Assembly (NCBI GenBank): GCA_002269645.1
Contig: NIVC01003010.1
Coordinates: 1 to 32,232, forward strand
Length of the DNA: 32,232 nucleotides
Source: Macrostomum lignano
Taxonomy: Eukaryota
Direction of reading: 5' to 3'
Shown here: positions 11,576 through 23,179 of the stretch, piece after piece
Layout: each line of letters begins with the position of its first letter
How positions within the stretch are numbered: position 1 is the stretch's first letter
The notes under the pieces: model-generated
What the model was told of the DNA's origin: nothing
The model's database searches: none
The model's input: the letters and a program-made list of their open reading frames with translations, nothing else
Program-made: the position numbers and the translations under genes

Positions 11576-12003
11576 GTAAGGGGTATATTTATTATTTGAA
11601 ATACCATGAAATTTAAAAAAATTATGTCGTGACTATACTACTCATGATGAGAGAAGTAGTAAGTCGACAATATAATCTTTTAAGAATTAAGTATTGAATG
11701 AATGGAAAGGATTTCATTCATGTGTATAAACAGTTCCATATTGTTACGTGCTTTGGAATCAGGTGTCCTTGTTGAAATGACTGATGTCTGACAAAGTGCA
11801 CAATAAAAAGGTCAATCCCTAAGGCCTTACGAGAAGTTACGACATCGAGTGTGTGACATGTGAAAGTCATCCTGGCGATGCGAAGAAAGCCAGGGCTGCT
11901 GTACACCCTGTGTGAGTGTGAGCGTGCGAATGAGTGCGTGCCTGCGTACCAGTATTGGCGCCAATAATTCCCCCCTCTGTCTGTCTCTTGCCCCCCCCCC
12001 CAG

Positions 12004-12536
12004 CTCGGCCTGTATCCAGGCACGATCTACTGCCAGGGCGATCCGGCCATGATCGTCTCCATTGGCAACCAGTTCATTCTGAGGCGGGCCGACGGCATCC
12101 TGGTTGACGCTGGCGACTCCTGGCTGGGCCGGTCCGTGTTCCGGTCCTGCGCCGGCCGCGACCGTCTCATCGGCTGGGAGCCGGCCGGGTCCGCCTGGCT
12201 CAGTGCTCGGCGCGTTCGGCCAGCGACTATGCCTAGCAACGCCTTAGCAACAGGGCATATTGTTAACAATGAGACTGGCGAAGATCGGCCAGCAAATGTC
12301 CGCTACGGGAGCTCGCCTGGCCGGTGCCAGCCGGACGCGAGGGTGTCCGGATGCTGGCCAGCCTGCCGTGCGCCTTCTACAGTGCCGAGGCCTGCAGGCG
12401 GTGGACAGTCGGCGCAGGCCTGGTGCCGCTGGTGGCTCTGGTGGCTTGCCGGGACGTCAAAGCTGGGGAGGAGCTGCTGTCTGCCTATGTGTCACTGGCT
12501 ACTGCTGCTGACTGTGTCACTCTACTGGCTGACTGA
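12004..12536 (+). CDS. SETD9: SETD9 homologue exon 2 (one frameshift at ~12307-12309)
   Basis: Acceptor poly-C cag|CTC. LYPGTIY...SIGNQFILRRADGILVD...RSCAGRDRL...GHIVNN...RPANVRY is followed, after a -1 shift, by ELAWP...LPCAFYS...VALVACRDVKAGEELLSAYVSL, matching the SETD9 C-terminal SET motifs. Confidence 0.88.
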
Positions 12537-13568
12537 CTGACTGTGTGTCACTGGCTACTGGCTGACTGTCACTGGCTACTGGCTGACTGTGTGTCACTGG
12601 CTACTGGCTGACTGTCACTGGCTACTGGCTGACTGTGTGTCACTGGCTACTGGCTGACTGTGTGTCACTGGCTACTGGCTGACTGTGTGTCACTGGCTAC
12701 TGGCTGACTGTCACTGGCTACTGGCTGACTGTGTGTCACTGGCTACTGGCTGACTGTGTGTCACTGGCTACTGGCTGACTGTGTGTCACTGGCTACTGGC
12801 TGACTGTCACTGGCTACTGACTGACTGTGTGTCACTGGCTACTGGCTGACTGTGTGTCACTGGCTACTGGCTGACTGTCACTGGCTACTGGCTGACTGTG
12901 TGTCACTGGCTACTGGCTGACTGTGTGTCACTGGCTACTGGCTGACTGTCACTGGCTACTGACTGACTGTCACTGGTACTACTGGCTGACTGTGTGTCAC
13001 TGGCTACTGGCTGACTGTCACTGGCTACTGGCTGACTGTGTGTCACTGGCTACTGTGTCACTGGCTGACTGTGTCACTGCTGCTGTGTCACTGGCTGACT
13101 GTGTGTCACTGGCTACTGTGTCACTGGCTGACTGTGTCACTGGCTGACTGTGTCACTGGCTGTCACTGGCTGACTCACTGGCTGACTGTGTGTCTGACTG
13201 TGTGTCACTGGCTGACTGTCACTGGCTACTGGCTGACTGTGTGTCACTGGCTGTGTGTCACTGGCTGACTGTGTCACTGGCTGACTGTGTCACTGGCTGA
13301 CTGTGTCACTGGCTGACTGTGTCACTGGCTGACTGTGTCACTGGCTGACTGTGTCACTGGCTGACTGTGTCACTGGATGACTGTGTCACTGGCTGACTGT
13401 GTCACTGGCTGACTGTGTCACTGGCTGACTGTGTCACTGGCTGACTGTGTCACTGGCTGACTGTGTGTCACTGGCTGTGTGTCACTGGCTGACTGTGTCA
13501 CTGGCTGTGTGTCACTGGCTGACTGTGTCACTGGCTGACTGTGTGTCACTGGCTGTGTGTCACTGGCT
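12489..13568. repeat. Minisatellite with unit changing from 25/21 bp (CTGGCTACTGGCTGACTGTGTGTCA) to 16 bp (CTGGCTGACTGTGTCA)
   Basis: Direct reading; begins inside the last SETD9 codons. Confidence 0.97.
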
Positions 13569-14436
13569 ATCTATCACCAAAGCATTTACTATTCACAACC
13601 AGTTGCTCAAAAATTTTTATGCCAATCAAGCCTCTCTTAAATGCATTTTAGCTGTTAAAGATACCTGTTAATCTCTTCTGTCAATTGTAAATAGACTTAA
13701 AAAAGGCAGTTGTCAATTATGGAAATCATAAAGTTTTGTTGCTTTGAAAAAACATCATAGTAATTTCAGCCACGTTTTTTGGCACAGCCAGTTTTGATTT
13801 CAGTTTTCCGAAGAAGCCAGTTGACAGTTACAAGTTTAAAAAAAGAGCGCACACTGGGGAATCTCAGCAACGCACAAAACAACTCGGTAATTTCTCTTGT
13901 CCTACATCTGACCCAGCGCACTGCTCTGTTGCCAGCCGGCTCTGTTAAGTTTCTGCTTGCGCAAGCAGAGCCCTGCATGCAGTTCTATGCATTTGTAGCG
14001 AGCCAGGCGAACATTGCCCCGTGTCTTGCTGCTACATAGGCAGCTAGAGGGTTGCACGATCTGCTTTTGTATGCAATCCTTCAGGATCAGTTGTTTCCAA
14101 TCGGAGAGACAAAACCTAGGGGTGCAAATTGTAGCCATTTTTTATCTGTGGAAAAATGTTTTGCTGTCTGCTGAATTGCTTGCCCCGCAATTGAGGCGCG
14201 CGTCAGTTGTGGAAATCTCTGAGTTCCGTGGGAACTGGGATTGGCTGCATTGACTGCGACATGAACCAGGCTTGCAACTGGTCTGAATAATAATTTGGAA
14301 ACATTTTGGAAATTAAACATCACCAACCACCAAAATTCTTCCTCACAGTTATATTTGGTATATTAAATTCATCCAAATACAGCTCGGAAATAGCATACTC
14401 TCCAGTGATATAAACATTTTAGGTTGCTATGAGCAA

Positions 14437-16069
14437 GCTATCAAACCCCAGCTATCAAACCCCAGCTATCAAACCCTAGCTATCAAAGCCCAGCTATCAA
14501 AGACCAGCTATCAAACCCCAGCTATCAAAGCCCAGCTATCAAACCCCAGCTATCAAAGCCCAGCTATCAAACCCCAGCTATCAAAGCCCAGCTATCAAAC
14601 CCCAGCTATCAAACCCCAGCTATCAAACCCCAGCTATCAAATCCCAGCTTCCCAGCTATCAAACCCCAGCTATCAAACCCCAGCTATCAAACCCCAGCTA
14701 TCAAACCCCAGCTATCAAAGCCCAGCTATCAAACCCCAGCTATCAAACCCCAGCTATCAAAGCCCAGCTATCAAAGCCCAGCTATCAAACCCCGGCTATC
14801 AAACCCCAGCTATCTAACCCCAGCTATCAAACCCCAGCTATCAAATCCCAGCTTCCCAGCTATCAAACCCCAGCCATCAAACCCCAGCTATCAAAGCCCA
14901 GCTATCAAAGCCCAGCTATCAAAGCCCAGCTATCAAACCCCGGCTATCAAACCCCAGCTATCAAACCCCAGCTATCAAACCCCAGCTATCAAAGCCCAGC
15001 TATCAAAGCCCAGCTATCAAAGCCCAGCTATCAAATCCCAGCTTCCCAGCTATCAAAGCCCAGCTATCAAAGCCCAGCTATTAAAGCCCAGCTATCAAAC
15101 CCCAGCTATCAAAGCCCAGCTATCAAACCCCAGCTATCAAAGCCCAGCTATCAAAGCCCAGCTATCAAAGCCCAGCTATCAAAGCCCAGCTATCGAACCC
15201 CAGCTATCAAATCCCAGCTATCAAACCCCAGCTATCAAACCCCAGCTATCAAACCCCAGCTATCAAACCCCAGCTATCAAAGCCCAGCTATCAAAGCCCA
15301 GCTATCAAAGCCCAGCTATCAAAGTCCAGCTATCAAAGCCCAGCTATCAAACCCCGGCTATCAAACCCCAGCTATCAAACCCCAGCTATCAAAGCCCAGC
15401 TATCAAAGCCCAGCTATCAAATCCCAGCTTCCCAGCTATCAAAGCCCAGCTATCAAAGCCCAGCTATTAAAGCCCAGCTATCAAACCCCAGCTATCAAAC
15501 CCCAGCTATCAAACCCCAGCTATCAAATCCCAGCTATCAAAGCCCAGCTATCAAAGCCCAGCTATCAAAGCCCAGCTATCGAACCCCAGCTATCAAAAAT
15601 CAAACCCCAGCTATCAAACCCCAGCTATCAAACCCCAGCTATCAAACCCCAGCTATCAAACCCCAGCTATCAAACCCCAGCTATCAAACCCCAGCTATCA
15701 AAGCCCAGCTATCAAAGCCCAGCTATCAAAGCCCAGCTATCAAACCCCGGCTATCAAACCCCAGCTATCAAACCCCAGCTATCAAATCCCAGCTATCAAA
15801 TCCTAGCTATCAAATCCCAGCTATCAAACCCCAGCTATCAAATCCCAGCTATCAAACCCCAGCTATCAAACCCCAGCTATCAAACCCCAGCTATCAAACC
15901 CCAGCTATCAAACCCCAGCTATCAAACCCCAGCTATCAAACCCCAGCTATCAAACCCCAGCTATCAAACCCCAGCTATCAAACCCCAGCTATCAAACTCC
16001 CCAGCTATCAAACCCCCGCTATCAAACCCCAGCTATCAAACCCCAGCTATCAAACCCCAGCCATCAAAC
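14437..16069. repeat. 14-bp minisatellite CCCAGCTATCAAA(C/G/T)
   Basis: About 1.6 kb, with rare variants repeating at a 386-bp period. Confidence 0.98.
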
Positions 16070-16454
16070 TCTGCTTTTAGCCTAACCAAACTCACAAGCA
16101 ACATACTTTTTTTTGCAATTTAATTGTAAAGCCATGAAAATTGTATTCATACTTTTGCTAGCAATTTATTATGCGGGCGCAACCGTATAAATATGATTTA
16201 AAATTTTGATATGGCATTTTATTCTTGATTAAAAAATGGTATTTGCAATGGTGACAGAATGAAACAGATTTTTACAGCAAGCTTGACAGCTCATAGACAA
16301 ATCGAATTATAAAACATTTCACAGCCAGTAATTCAGTGCTTCAATTGTTCTGAGACATAATTTTTAAAATTGAAAATTCCTAACCCAATTCAATTTGAAT
16401 TTGTAAGCAATTGGATTAACAAAACATGAGCTTTGGTGCGGGGCTTCTGAACCC

Positions 16455-17304
16455 TCACAAAACTGGCACTGCCGCGTAAAGTACAACAACAAGAAGCAGC
16501 AATGGTGGCAGGCTCAGCTGCAGACTCTGTCGGCCAGCCGAAGAGCTCGCCGCCTTGACGCCGTCGCGAATGCTGAGCCGTCGGCCGTAGGAGCTCTGCG
16601 GTCCGACCGTCAGCGAGGCCGAATGCCGTGTCGCCGGCTCTGCAGCGACTTCGATGCTTGTCGGCGACAGCGGCGGCGGCGGCGCCCGGTTCGGACAGGT
16701 GGCCTCGGCCGGACAGGCCCGCCGCCCCGTCAGGCACAGCCTGGCCGCAGCCCGGCCGCAGTCTTCCGGTGGACCCCCATCGGCCGCTCTGCTGCTGCTG
16801 TCGTAGGCCACGTACCGCGGCGCGAATCCGTACAGCTCCGACCAGCCGCTGACGCCAGCGAAGCCGGCGCTGTCGCCGCTGCTGTTGGCTGCCGCGGCAA
16901 TGAGTTGTGCCGCCTGGCAGTCGCAGGGGAAGCGGCTGCCGGTCAGGTTGAGTCCGCGCAGGCTGCGCACCCGGCCGAGGGCGCACAGGTCCAGCCTGGG
17001 CAGCCAGTTGTCGCGCAGGTACAGGGCCACCAGGCCGCTGCCGGCCGCGCCGCTGTCCGACTCGTCAGCCTCCGAGGCGGAGAGGCCGCAGAAGGCGTAC
17101 GGCCGGATGTCCAGGCCGGGCCGCAGGCCGCCCAGGTCAAGGATGATGAGCCGGCGGAGACCGTAGAAAGCGAAGTTGGGCAGGTGGGAGATGTTGTTGC
17201 GCTGCAGGTAGAGGTGCGTCAGGCCCGTCAGGCGGCGCAGGTCAGGTGGCACCTCATTCAGTTGGTTGTCGCTCAGGTAGAGCCGGGCGAGAGCGGGCGT
17301 GTCT
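16455..17304 (-). CDS. LRR protein exon 2 (LRRs, LRRCT-like cysteines, hydrophobic C-terminus)
   Basis: Acceptor catcctcag|A (phase 2). Contains LARLYLSDNQLNEVP, LTHLYLQRNNISHL, LRGLNLTGSRFPCDC, and ends LLLLVVVLYAAVPVL*. Confidence 0.9.
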
Positions 17305-17367
17305 CTGAGGATGTGATTGTTTAATTATGATCCCCGATTCTGCGTCAGAGTCTTCCTTCATACTTGT

Positions 17368-17940
17368 CAGTCCCTCCCAGTCCCTCCCAGTCCCTCCCAG
17401 TCCCTTCCAGTCCCTTCCAGTCCCTCCCAGTCCCTCCCAGTCCCTCCCAGTCCCTCCCAGTCCCTTCCAGTCCCTTCCAGTCCCTCCCAGTCCCTCCCAG
17501 TCCCTCCCAGTCCCTCCCAGTCTCTCCCAGTCCCTCCCAGTCCCTCCCAGTCCCTCCCAGTCCCTCCCAGTCCCTCCCAGTCCCTCCCAGTCTCTCCCAG
17601 TCCCTCCCAGTCTCTCCCAGTCCCTCCCAGTCTCTCCCAGTCCCTCTCAGTCTCTCCCAGTCCCTCCCAGTCCCTCCCAGTCTCTCCCAGTCCCTCCCAG
17701 TCTCTCCCAGTCCCTCCCAGTCTCTCCCAGTCCCTCCCAGTCTCTCCCAGTCCCTCCCAGTCTCTCCCAGTCCCTCCCAGTCTCTCCCAGTCCCTCCCAG
17801 TCTCTCCCAGTCCCTCCCAGTTCCTCCCAGTCTCTCCCAGTCCCTCCCAGTCTCTCCCAGTCCCTCCCAGTCTCTCCCAGTCCCTCCCAGTCTCTCCCAG
17901 TCCCTCCCAGTCTCTCCCAGTCCCTCCCAGTCTAACCCAG
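17368..17940. repeat. 10-bp minisatellite CAGTC(C/T)CTCC
   Basis: Fills most of the LRR gene intron (17305-17950). Confidence 0.98.
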
Positions 17941-17950
17941 CCCCCCGCAC

Positions 17951-18468
17951 CTGAACAGTCCAGTCTGCAGAGTCTTGAGCCTGTTCCCGTAGAGCACCAG
18001 CTCGCGCAGGCCCACCAGACCGTCCAGATCCCGATGGCCCAGGCTGGTCAGCAGGTTATTGGACAGGTTCAGCGTCTCAATGCCGTGCAGGCCTCTGAAA
18101 GCGCCCGGTTCCAGGCTCCTGACTAGCGAGCCGGTGACCTCGACCCTGCTGAGCTTGAGCAGGCCCCAGTCGTAGCGCAGGCTGAGCTGCAGCATGGCTT
18201 GGCCCCGGATTCGTAGCTCATGATAGCTGAATTGCCACCTGGTCTCTCGCTGATTAGCCAACGGGGCGAAGTACGGCACCTTGGTTAGGTAGTGCATGAC
18301 TGATGGCTGGGCCAGATGCTGCTGCTGCTGCTGCTGCTGCACGCACTTGATCCGCTGATCTGTGCATCGGCAGGGCAGCCTGACTGCGCAGGGCGGCTTA
18401 GCCAGCACTAGGGCCAGCACCTGGAGTGTCGTCAGCACCTGCACTATTAGCACCGGTGATCGAGGCAT
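17951..18468 (-). CDS. LRR protein exon 1 (signal peptide, LRRNT-like, LRRs)
   Basis: Hydrophobic leader, C..LPCRC..C cap, Q7 tract, LRRs such as IETLNLSNNLLTSL and LRELVLYGNRLKTL. Donor AG|GTGCGG, phase 2. Spliced product is 455 aa. Confidence 0.9.
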
Positions 18469-18594
18469 GTCTTCAAATTACAAGCGATACAAGAGTTTCT
18501 TAAGTCATTCATTCTATTAAGAACAGCCCAATTCTGGAGGCTTATAAATTTCAACTTAACCACGGGAACTTCCAGTTAGCGTGCAGACGGGGGC

Positions 18595-18745
18595 CGTGTC
18601 CAATCAGAGGCCAGGCGGCTCGCCATTGGCTGAGGCCGCTGCTGATAAGAATTTTGCGATAATCGAATTGGAATAAGCTGTTCCAGTCAGGGAGATCTCC
18701 GATCTAGATTCTGGATTGGAAACTAATCAACTTGATTGGCTTTGT
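18595..18745. promoter_or_regulatory. CCAAT-box cluster in a putative bidirectional promoter
   Basis: CCAAT at 18600 and ATTGG at 18625, 18715 and 18735, between divergent ATGs at 18468 (-) and 18935 (+). Confidence 0.4.
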
Positions 18746-18934
18746 TGTCTTTGGCCTGCTGCAGCGAAAGGGGAATGACCATAGACAAATATAATTCTCT
18801 TTATTCTTCATCTCTTGCTGAAAAGTGAAAAGTAGTCAGCTACAGGCCGTTAGTCCAAGTTCTAGGTCCAGAACTCCTTGGTTCTATTTAGCTCTTGCCA
18901 ACCCGAAAGGAAGTCTTTCTCACGGCAATGCCGC

Positions 18935-19054
18935 ATGCCTCCCACAGCGAATGGCATTTTCCCACAGTCATTCCTCCAACAAAGACCGGGAACCCGGGGG
19001 GGGGGCTGCTGGCTTGGCCTCGTCGCTTTCGGGACAAAAACTGGGCATACCAAG
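18935..19054 (+). CDS. Gene E putative first coding exon
   Basis: ATG 18935, open 120 nt, donor AAG|GTATTT phase 0 matching the next candidate exon. It contains a G10 run. Confidence 0.3.
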
Positions 19055-19339
19055 GTATTTGGAAGAAGCTGTAGTTGAAACTGAAGATGGCTTCCGACAG
19101 CACGGGGGTGGAGGGCTCACATAACATATTCTCGCACCCTTTGCTATTCCAAATCTAGCAAGTGAAAGCTCTCGGGTCACGGGTCGGGGCAAGGCACGGT
19201 GAGTCAACTTTGCTTAGCGCTAAGGCCCAAGGGGCAATTAGGTCTTTGTTTTTTTTAAGAATTTCGGTAGGCCAAGACCCTGGGACGTTGGTAGATTTCT
19301 GTAGAAGAAATGCCCTGACCCCCTGCTGCTGGTAAAAGC

Positions 19340-19569
19340 TGGCAAACTTTATAGTGAAATAAATTATTTTCCCCAAGGCCAGATTAGAGGAAAGAAGGAA
19401 GGAATAGAGCAGAGAGAAGAGTAGAGATGAGATAAGAAAGAACATGAGAGGAGGATAGAGAAGAGAGCTGAGAAGAGACCTTGAGCGGCCCGCATTGCTA
19501 TTGTGAAGTTTTAAAAGGACCCGAGGGCCGGATAGAGAGGCTTGGCGGGCCGGAGTTTGCCGATCCCTG
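19340..19569 (+). mobile_element. hAT-like MITE copy 2 (left end degraded)
   Basis: GA-rich tract, then ccttgagcggcccgcattgctattg, ending ggccggagtttgccgatccctg followed by ggaTAgcc. Confidence 0.65.
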
Positions 19570-19719
19570 GGATAGCCAGTATGACCTGTATGAGGCATAT
19601 ACATGTATGTATGACTCTCCGAAATATGGATTCTTTAGGACACTCATTACGACCTTCTTAACGTGACAATCGTACGTGTAATTATGACCCTTCGTATGTA
19701 ATTCCCTGTGCGATCACAA

Positions 19720-20280
19720 TCATGACCCTCACAAGTACAACCTGCCCATCTATGACCTTCCCATCTATGATCCTCCGATCTATGACTCTTAAATCTATGA
19801 CCCTACAATCTATGAACCTCCAGTCTATGACCCTCCCATATATGACCATCCTATCTATGACCTTTCACTCTGACTCTCCAATTTATGACCTCCAATCTAG
19901 CTCGTATGACCCTCCCATCTATGACCCTCCAATCTATGAACCTCCTATATGACCCTCCCACCTGTGACCCTTCTATCTATGTCCTTTCTATCTATGACCC
20001 TCCCATACAAGACCCTCCCATCTATGACCATCCCATCTATGACCCTCCCATCTATGACCCTCCAATTGATGACCCTCCCATCTATGACCCTCCCATCTAT
20101 GACCCTCCCATCTATGACCCTCCCATCTATGACCCTCCCATCTATGACCCTCCCATCTATGACCCTCCTATATACGGTCCTCCCATCTATGACCCTCCTA
20201 TACATGGCCCTCCCATCTATGACCCTCCAATCTATGGCCCCGAATTTATGACCCTTCCGTCAATGACCCCAATCAATGAC
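19720..20280. repeat. 15-bp minisatellite CTATGACCCTCCCAT
   Basis: Homogeneous core at ~20030-20220 with degenerate flanks. Confidence 0.95.
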
Positions 20281-20488
20281 GTCCCATTAGCAACCACCCT
20301 CCGATACGAATCCTAGAAGTCAGTGCAGCCATAAAAGCACTCTATGACCAGCTTTTATTTCTAAAAAGCAACTTTTAAATGATCGGAAAAATTCATCGAA
20401 ATTTGCAATGATTGGTCAGCAATTGGTTACCATGGTAATAATTCGATCGAATTTACCCTTCTGGCATGGAGTTCGGCTTGTACTTCAG

Positions 20489-20579
20489 ATTGAGGAAAGC
20501 TGCCCAACAAGCTTAATAAATTGGAGCAATGAGTTGAGCAGCTTGATTAAAGTACAGTATAAGCCCTTGGCCAAGTTAG
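20489..20579 (+). CDS. Gene E putative exon 2 (IEESCPTSLINW...PLAKL)
   Basis: tacttcag|ATT ... TTAG|GTAGGT; open, phase 0 to 1. Confidence 0.5.
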
Positions 20580-20676
20580 GTAGGTTATCTGTGAAGTGCG
20601 TTTGGAAACAGTGCAAGATGCGGGCCTGTCTGGAGACTGGCTGGTTAACCTGTGCCAAATGGTAGCCGTGATTATT

Positions 20677-21428
20677 CCAAATGGCAGTCCCTGCTAGATA
20701 CAAATGGCAGTCCCTGCTAGATACAAATGGCAGTCCCTGTTAGTTACAAATGGCAGTCCCTGCTAGTTACAAATGGCAGTCCCTGCTAGTTCCAAATGGC
20801 AGTCCCTGCTAGATACAAATGGCAGTCCCTGCTAGATACAAATGGCAGTCCCTGCTAGATACAAATGGCAGTCCCTGCTAGTTACAAATGGCAGTCCCTG
20901 TTAGTTACAAATGGCAGTCCCTGCTAGTTACAAATGGCAGTCCCTGCTAGTTCCAAATGGCAGTCCCTGCTAGATACAAATGGCAGTCCCTGCTAGATAC
21001 AAATGGCAGTCCCTGCTAGATACAAATGGCAGTCCCTGTTAGTTACAAATGGCAGTCCTGCTAGATACAAATGGCAGTCCTGCTAGATACAAATGGCAGT
21101 CCTGCTAGATACAAATGGCAGTCCCTGCTAGATACAAATGGCAGTCCTGCTAGATACAAATGGCAGTCCCTGCTAGATACAAATGGCAGTCCCTGCTAGA
21201 TACAAATGGCAGTCCCTGTTAGTTACAAATGGCAGTCCTGCTAGATACAAATGGCAGTCCTGCTAGATACAAATGGCAGTCCTGCTAGATACAAATGGCA
21301 GTCCTGCTAGATACAAATGGCAGTCCTGCTAGATACAAATGGCAGTCCTGCTAGATACAAATGGCAGTCCTGCTAGATACAAATGGCAGTCCTGCTAGAT
21401 ACAAATTGCAGTCCTGCTAGATACAAAT
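20677..21428. repeat. 22-23-bp minisatellite CAAATGGCAGTCC(C)TGCTAGATA
   Basis: Direct reading; 23-mers on the left, 22-mers on the right. Confidence 0.97.
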
Positions 21429-21699
21429 CCAACGTGAAAAAACTGCATTGTCTGTGCTAAGCTTAAGTTAAGCTGAGTTGCTGAGGGATAATAGTTATAA
21501 TTTGAGTCGTTCTACTCAAAGCGCATGAGCTATTATTCGTAGTGCCCGCAAGCAGGGCTCAAAGCAGCAGTTGGTTCACCTGATCGCGGCTTTGAGAGCG
21601 AACTCTTCGCTTATTAAGCTGGCTGATGCAGTGCCAGATGCATGTATGCAGCCCAAGCTAATCAAGGGAAGACACGCTGACATGTTCTCCTGATCTTAG

Positions 21700-21822
21700 G
21701 GGATAAAGCCACAAGGGAAAATGCACAGGAGCTGCGGCTCAGGACAGTCAGAAAGGTCGCATCTGGGATCGGATGGCCTTGCCTCTTCCTTTCTGAACTC
21801 CCCACACCTGTCGCGAGGACAG
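21700..21822 (+). CDS. Gene E putative exon 3 (DKATRENAQELRLRTVRK...PVART)
   Basis: ctcctgatcttag|GG ... ACAG|GTAGAG; 123 nt, open, phase 1 to 1. Confidence 0.5.
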
Positions 21823-22153
21823 GTAGAGCTCTCTTTGATTCTTCATTTGTGGAGATGCCTTTAGCATAGTAACTAGGGTCGGGGTTTGAGCCCCAGGCTC
21901 CCCTTAACCCTTCATCTTTGCTCACTCAAACCAAGGCCCTGTGCAATCTGTATCATTCCGCCTAATTTGCTCGGCGAGATTCTGAACTAGCTGATGAGGT
22001 CAGATTAAAATGATCGGGCAATTGGATAGAAGCAGAAATGGCCGAATACTCGAAGTTTTCGGATTGCCAAAAATCTATTTTTGAGCTAAGCAGCGATTGG
22101 GGGTCGACTTAGCTTGGGGTCAGTGTTGTGTCGCCAAGACTTGAGGTTTCCAG

Positions 22154-22260
22154 TTGTAGTTGAAAGTAAAAGTGCCAGGTCCAAGGAGACAACCTGCATC
22201 ACTTCTAGAGTAGAGACAGCCTCAATAAATTCTGGAGGGAATGACAGCCTCAATGCGAGC
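22154..22260 (+). CDS. Gene E putative exon 4 (VVESKSARSKETT...SLNAS)
   Basis: tttccag|TT ... AGC|GTAAAC; open, phase 1 to 0. Confidence 0.45.
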
Positions 22261-22326
22261 GTAAACTGATGTACAGAGCTTCCGATATGGACAGTTTAGC
22301 ATAGTGCTCCGTGCGATTCTCGTGCC

Positions 22327-23078
22327 TGACAACCTACAGGGCCGAGGGAAGGACAACCTACATGGCCGAGGGAAGGACAACCTACATGGCCGAGGGAAGG
22401 AAAACCTACATGGCCGAGGGAAGGACAACCTACATGGCCGAGGGAAGGACAACCTACATGGCCGAGGGAAGGAAAACCTACATGGCCGAGGGAAGGACAA
22501 CCTACATGGCCGAGGGATAGACAACGTACATGGCCGAGGGAAGGACAACCTACATGGCCGAGGGAAGGACAACCTACATGGCCGAGGGAAGGACAACCTA
22601 CATGGCCGAGGGAAGGACAACCTACATGGCCGAGGGAAGGACAACGTACATGGCCGAGGGATAGACAACGTACATGGCCGAGGGAAGGACAACCTACATG
22701 GCCGAGGGAAGGACAACGTACATAGCCGAGGGATAGACAACGTACATGGCCGAGGGAAGGACAACCTACATGGCCGAGGGAAGGACAACCTACATGGCCG
22801 AGGGAAGGACAACCTACATGGCCGAAGGAAGGACAACCTACAAGGCCAGGGGAAGGACAACCTACATGGCCGATGGAAGGACAACGTACATGGCCGAGGG
22901 ATAGACAACGTACATGGCCGAGGGAAGAACAACCTACATGGCCGAGGGAAAGACAACACCATGGCCGAGGGAAGGACAACCTAAATGACTGGAAGGACAG
23001 CCTACATGGCCGGAGGAAGGACAACCTACATGACCGGAAGAAGGAGAACGTATATGGCCGAGGGAAGGACAACCTACA
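22327..23078. repeat. 24-bp minisatellite GACAACCTACATGGCCGAGGGAAG
   Basis: About 30 units with degenerate 3' end. Confidence 0.97.
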
Positions 23079-23179
23079 CACGTTTCCCATGCGGTGGATC
23101 CACTGACTCCCTGCCCAGCAACATCAGCGCAAGCGAATCCCCGCGGCAAATAAAATAATCAGATCCCCGATATTTTCAG

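Noticed and set aside
16390-17324. Overlapping ORFs in other frames and strands across the LRR exon
   Set aside because: GC-rich shadow ORFs; only one frame has LRR motifs.
18860-19330. Faint resemblance of the (-) frame (PTEILKKNKDLIAPW, SFRVGKS) to LINE reverse transcriptase or tyrosine recombinase motifs
   Set aside because: Motif spacing is wrong, no catalytic motifs are seen, and a + strand exon explains part of the region. A BLASTx hit to RT would overturn this.
19722-20316. IYDPP / MTLPS repeat ORFs
   Set aside because: A 15-bp unit keeps frames open automatically, and the array lies in an inferred intron.
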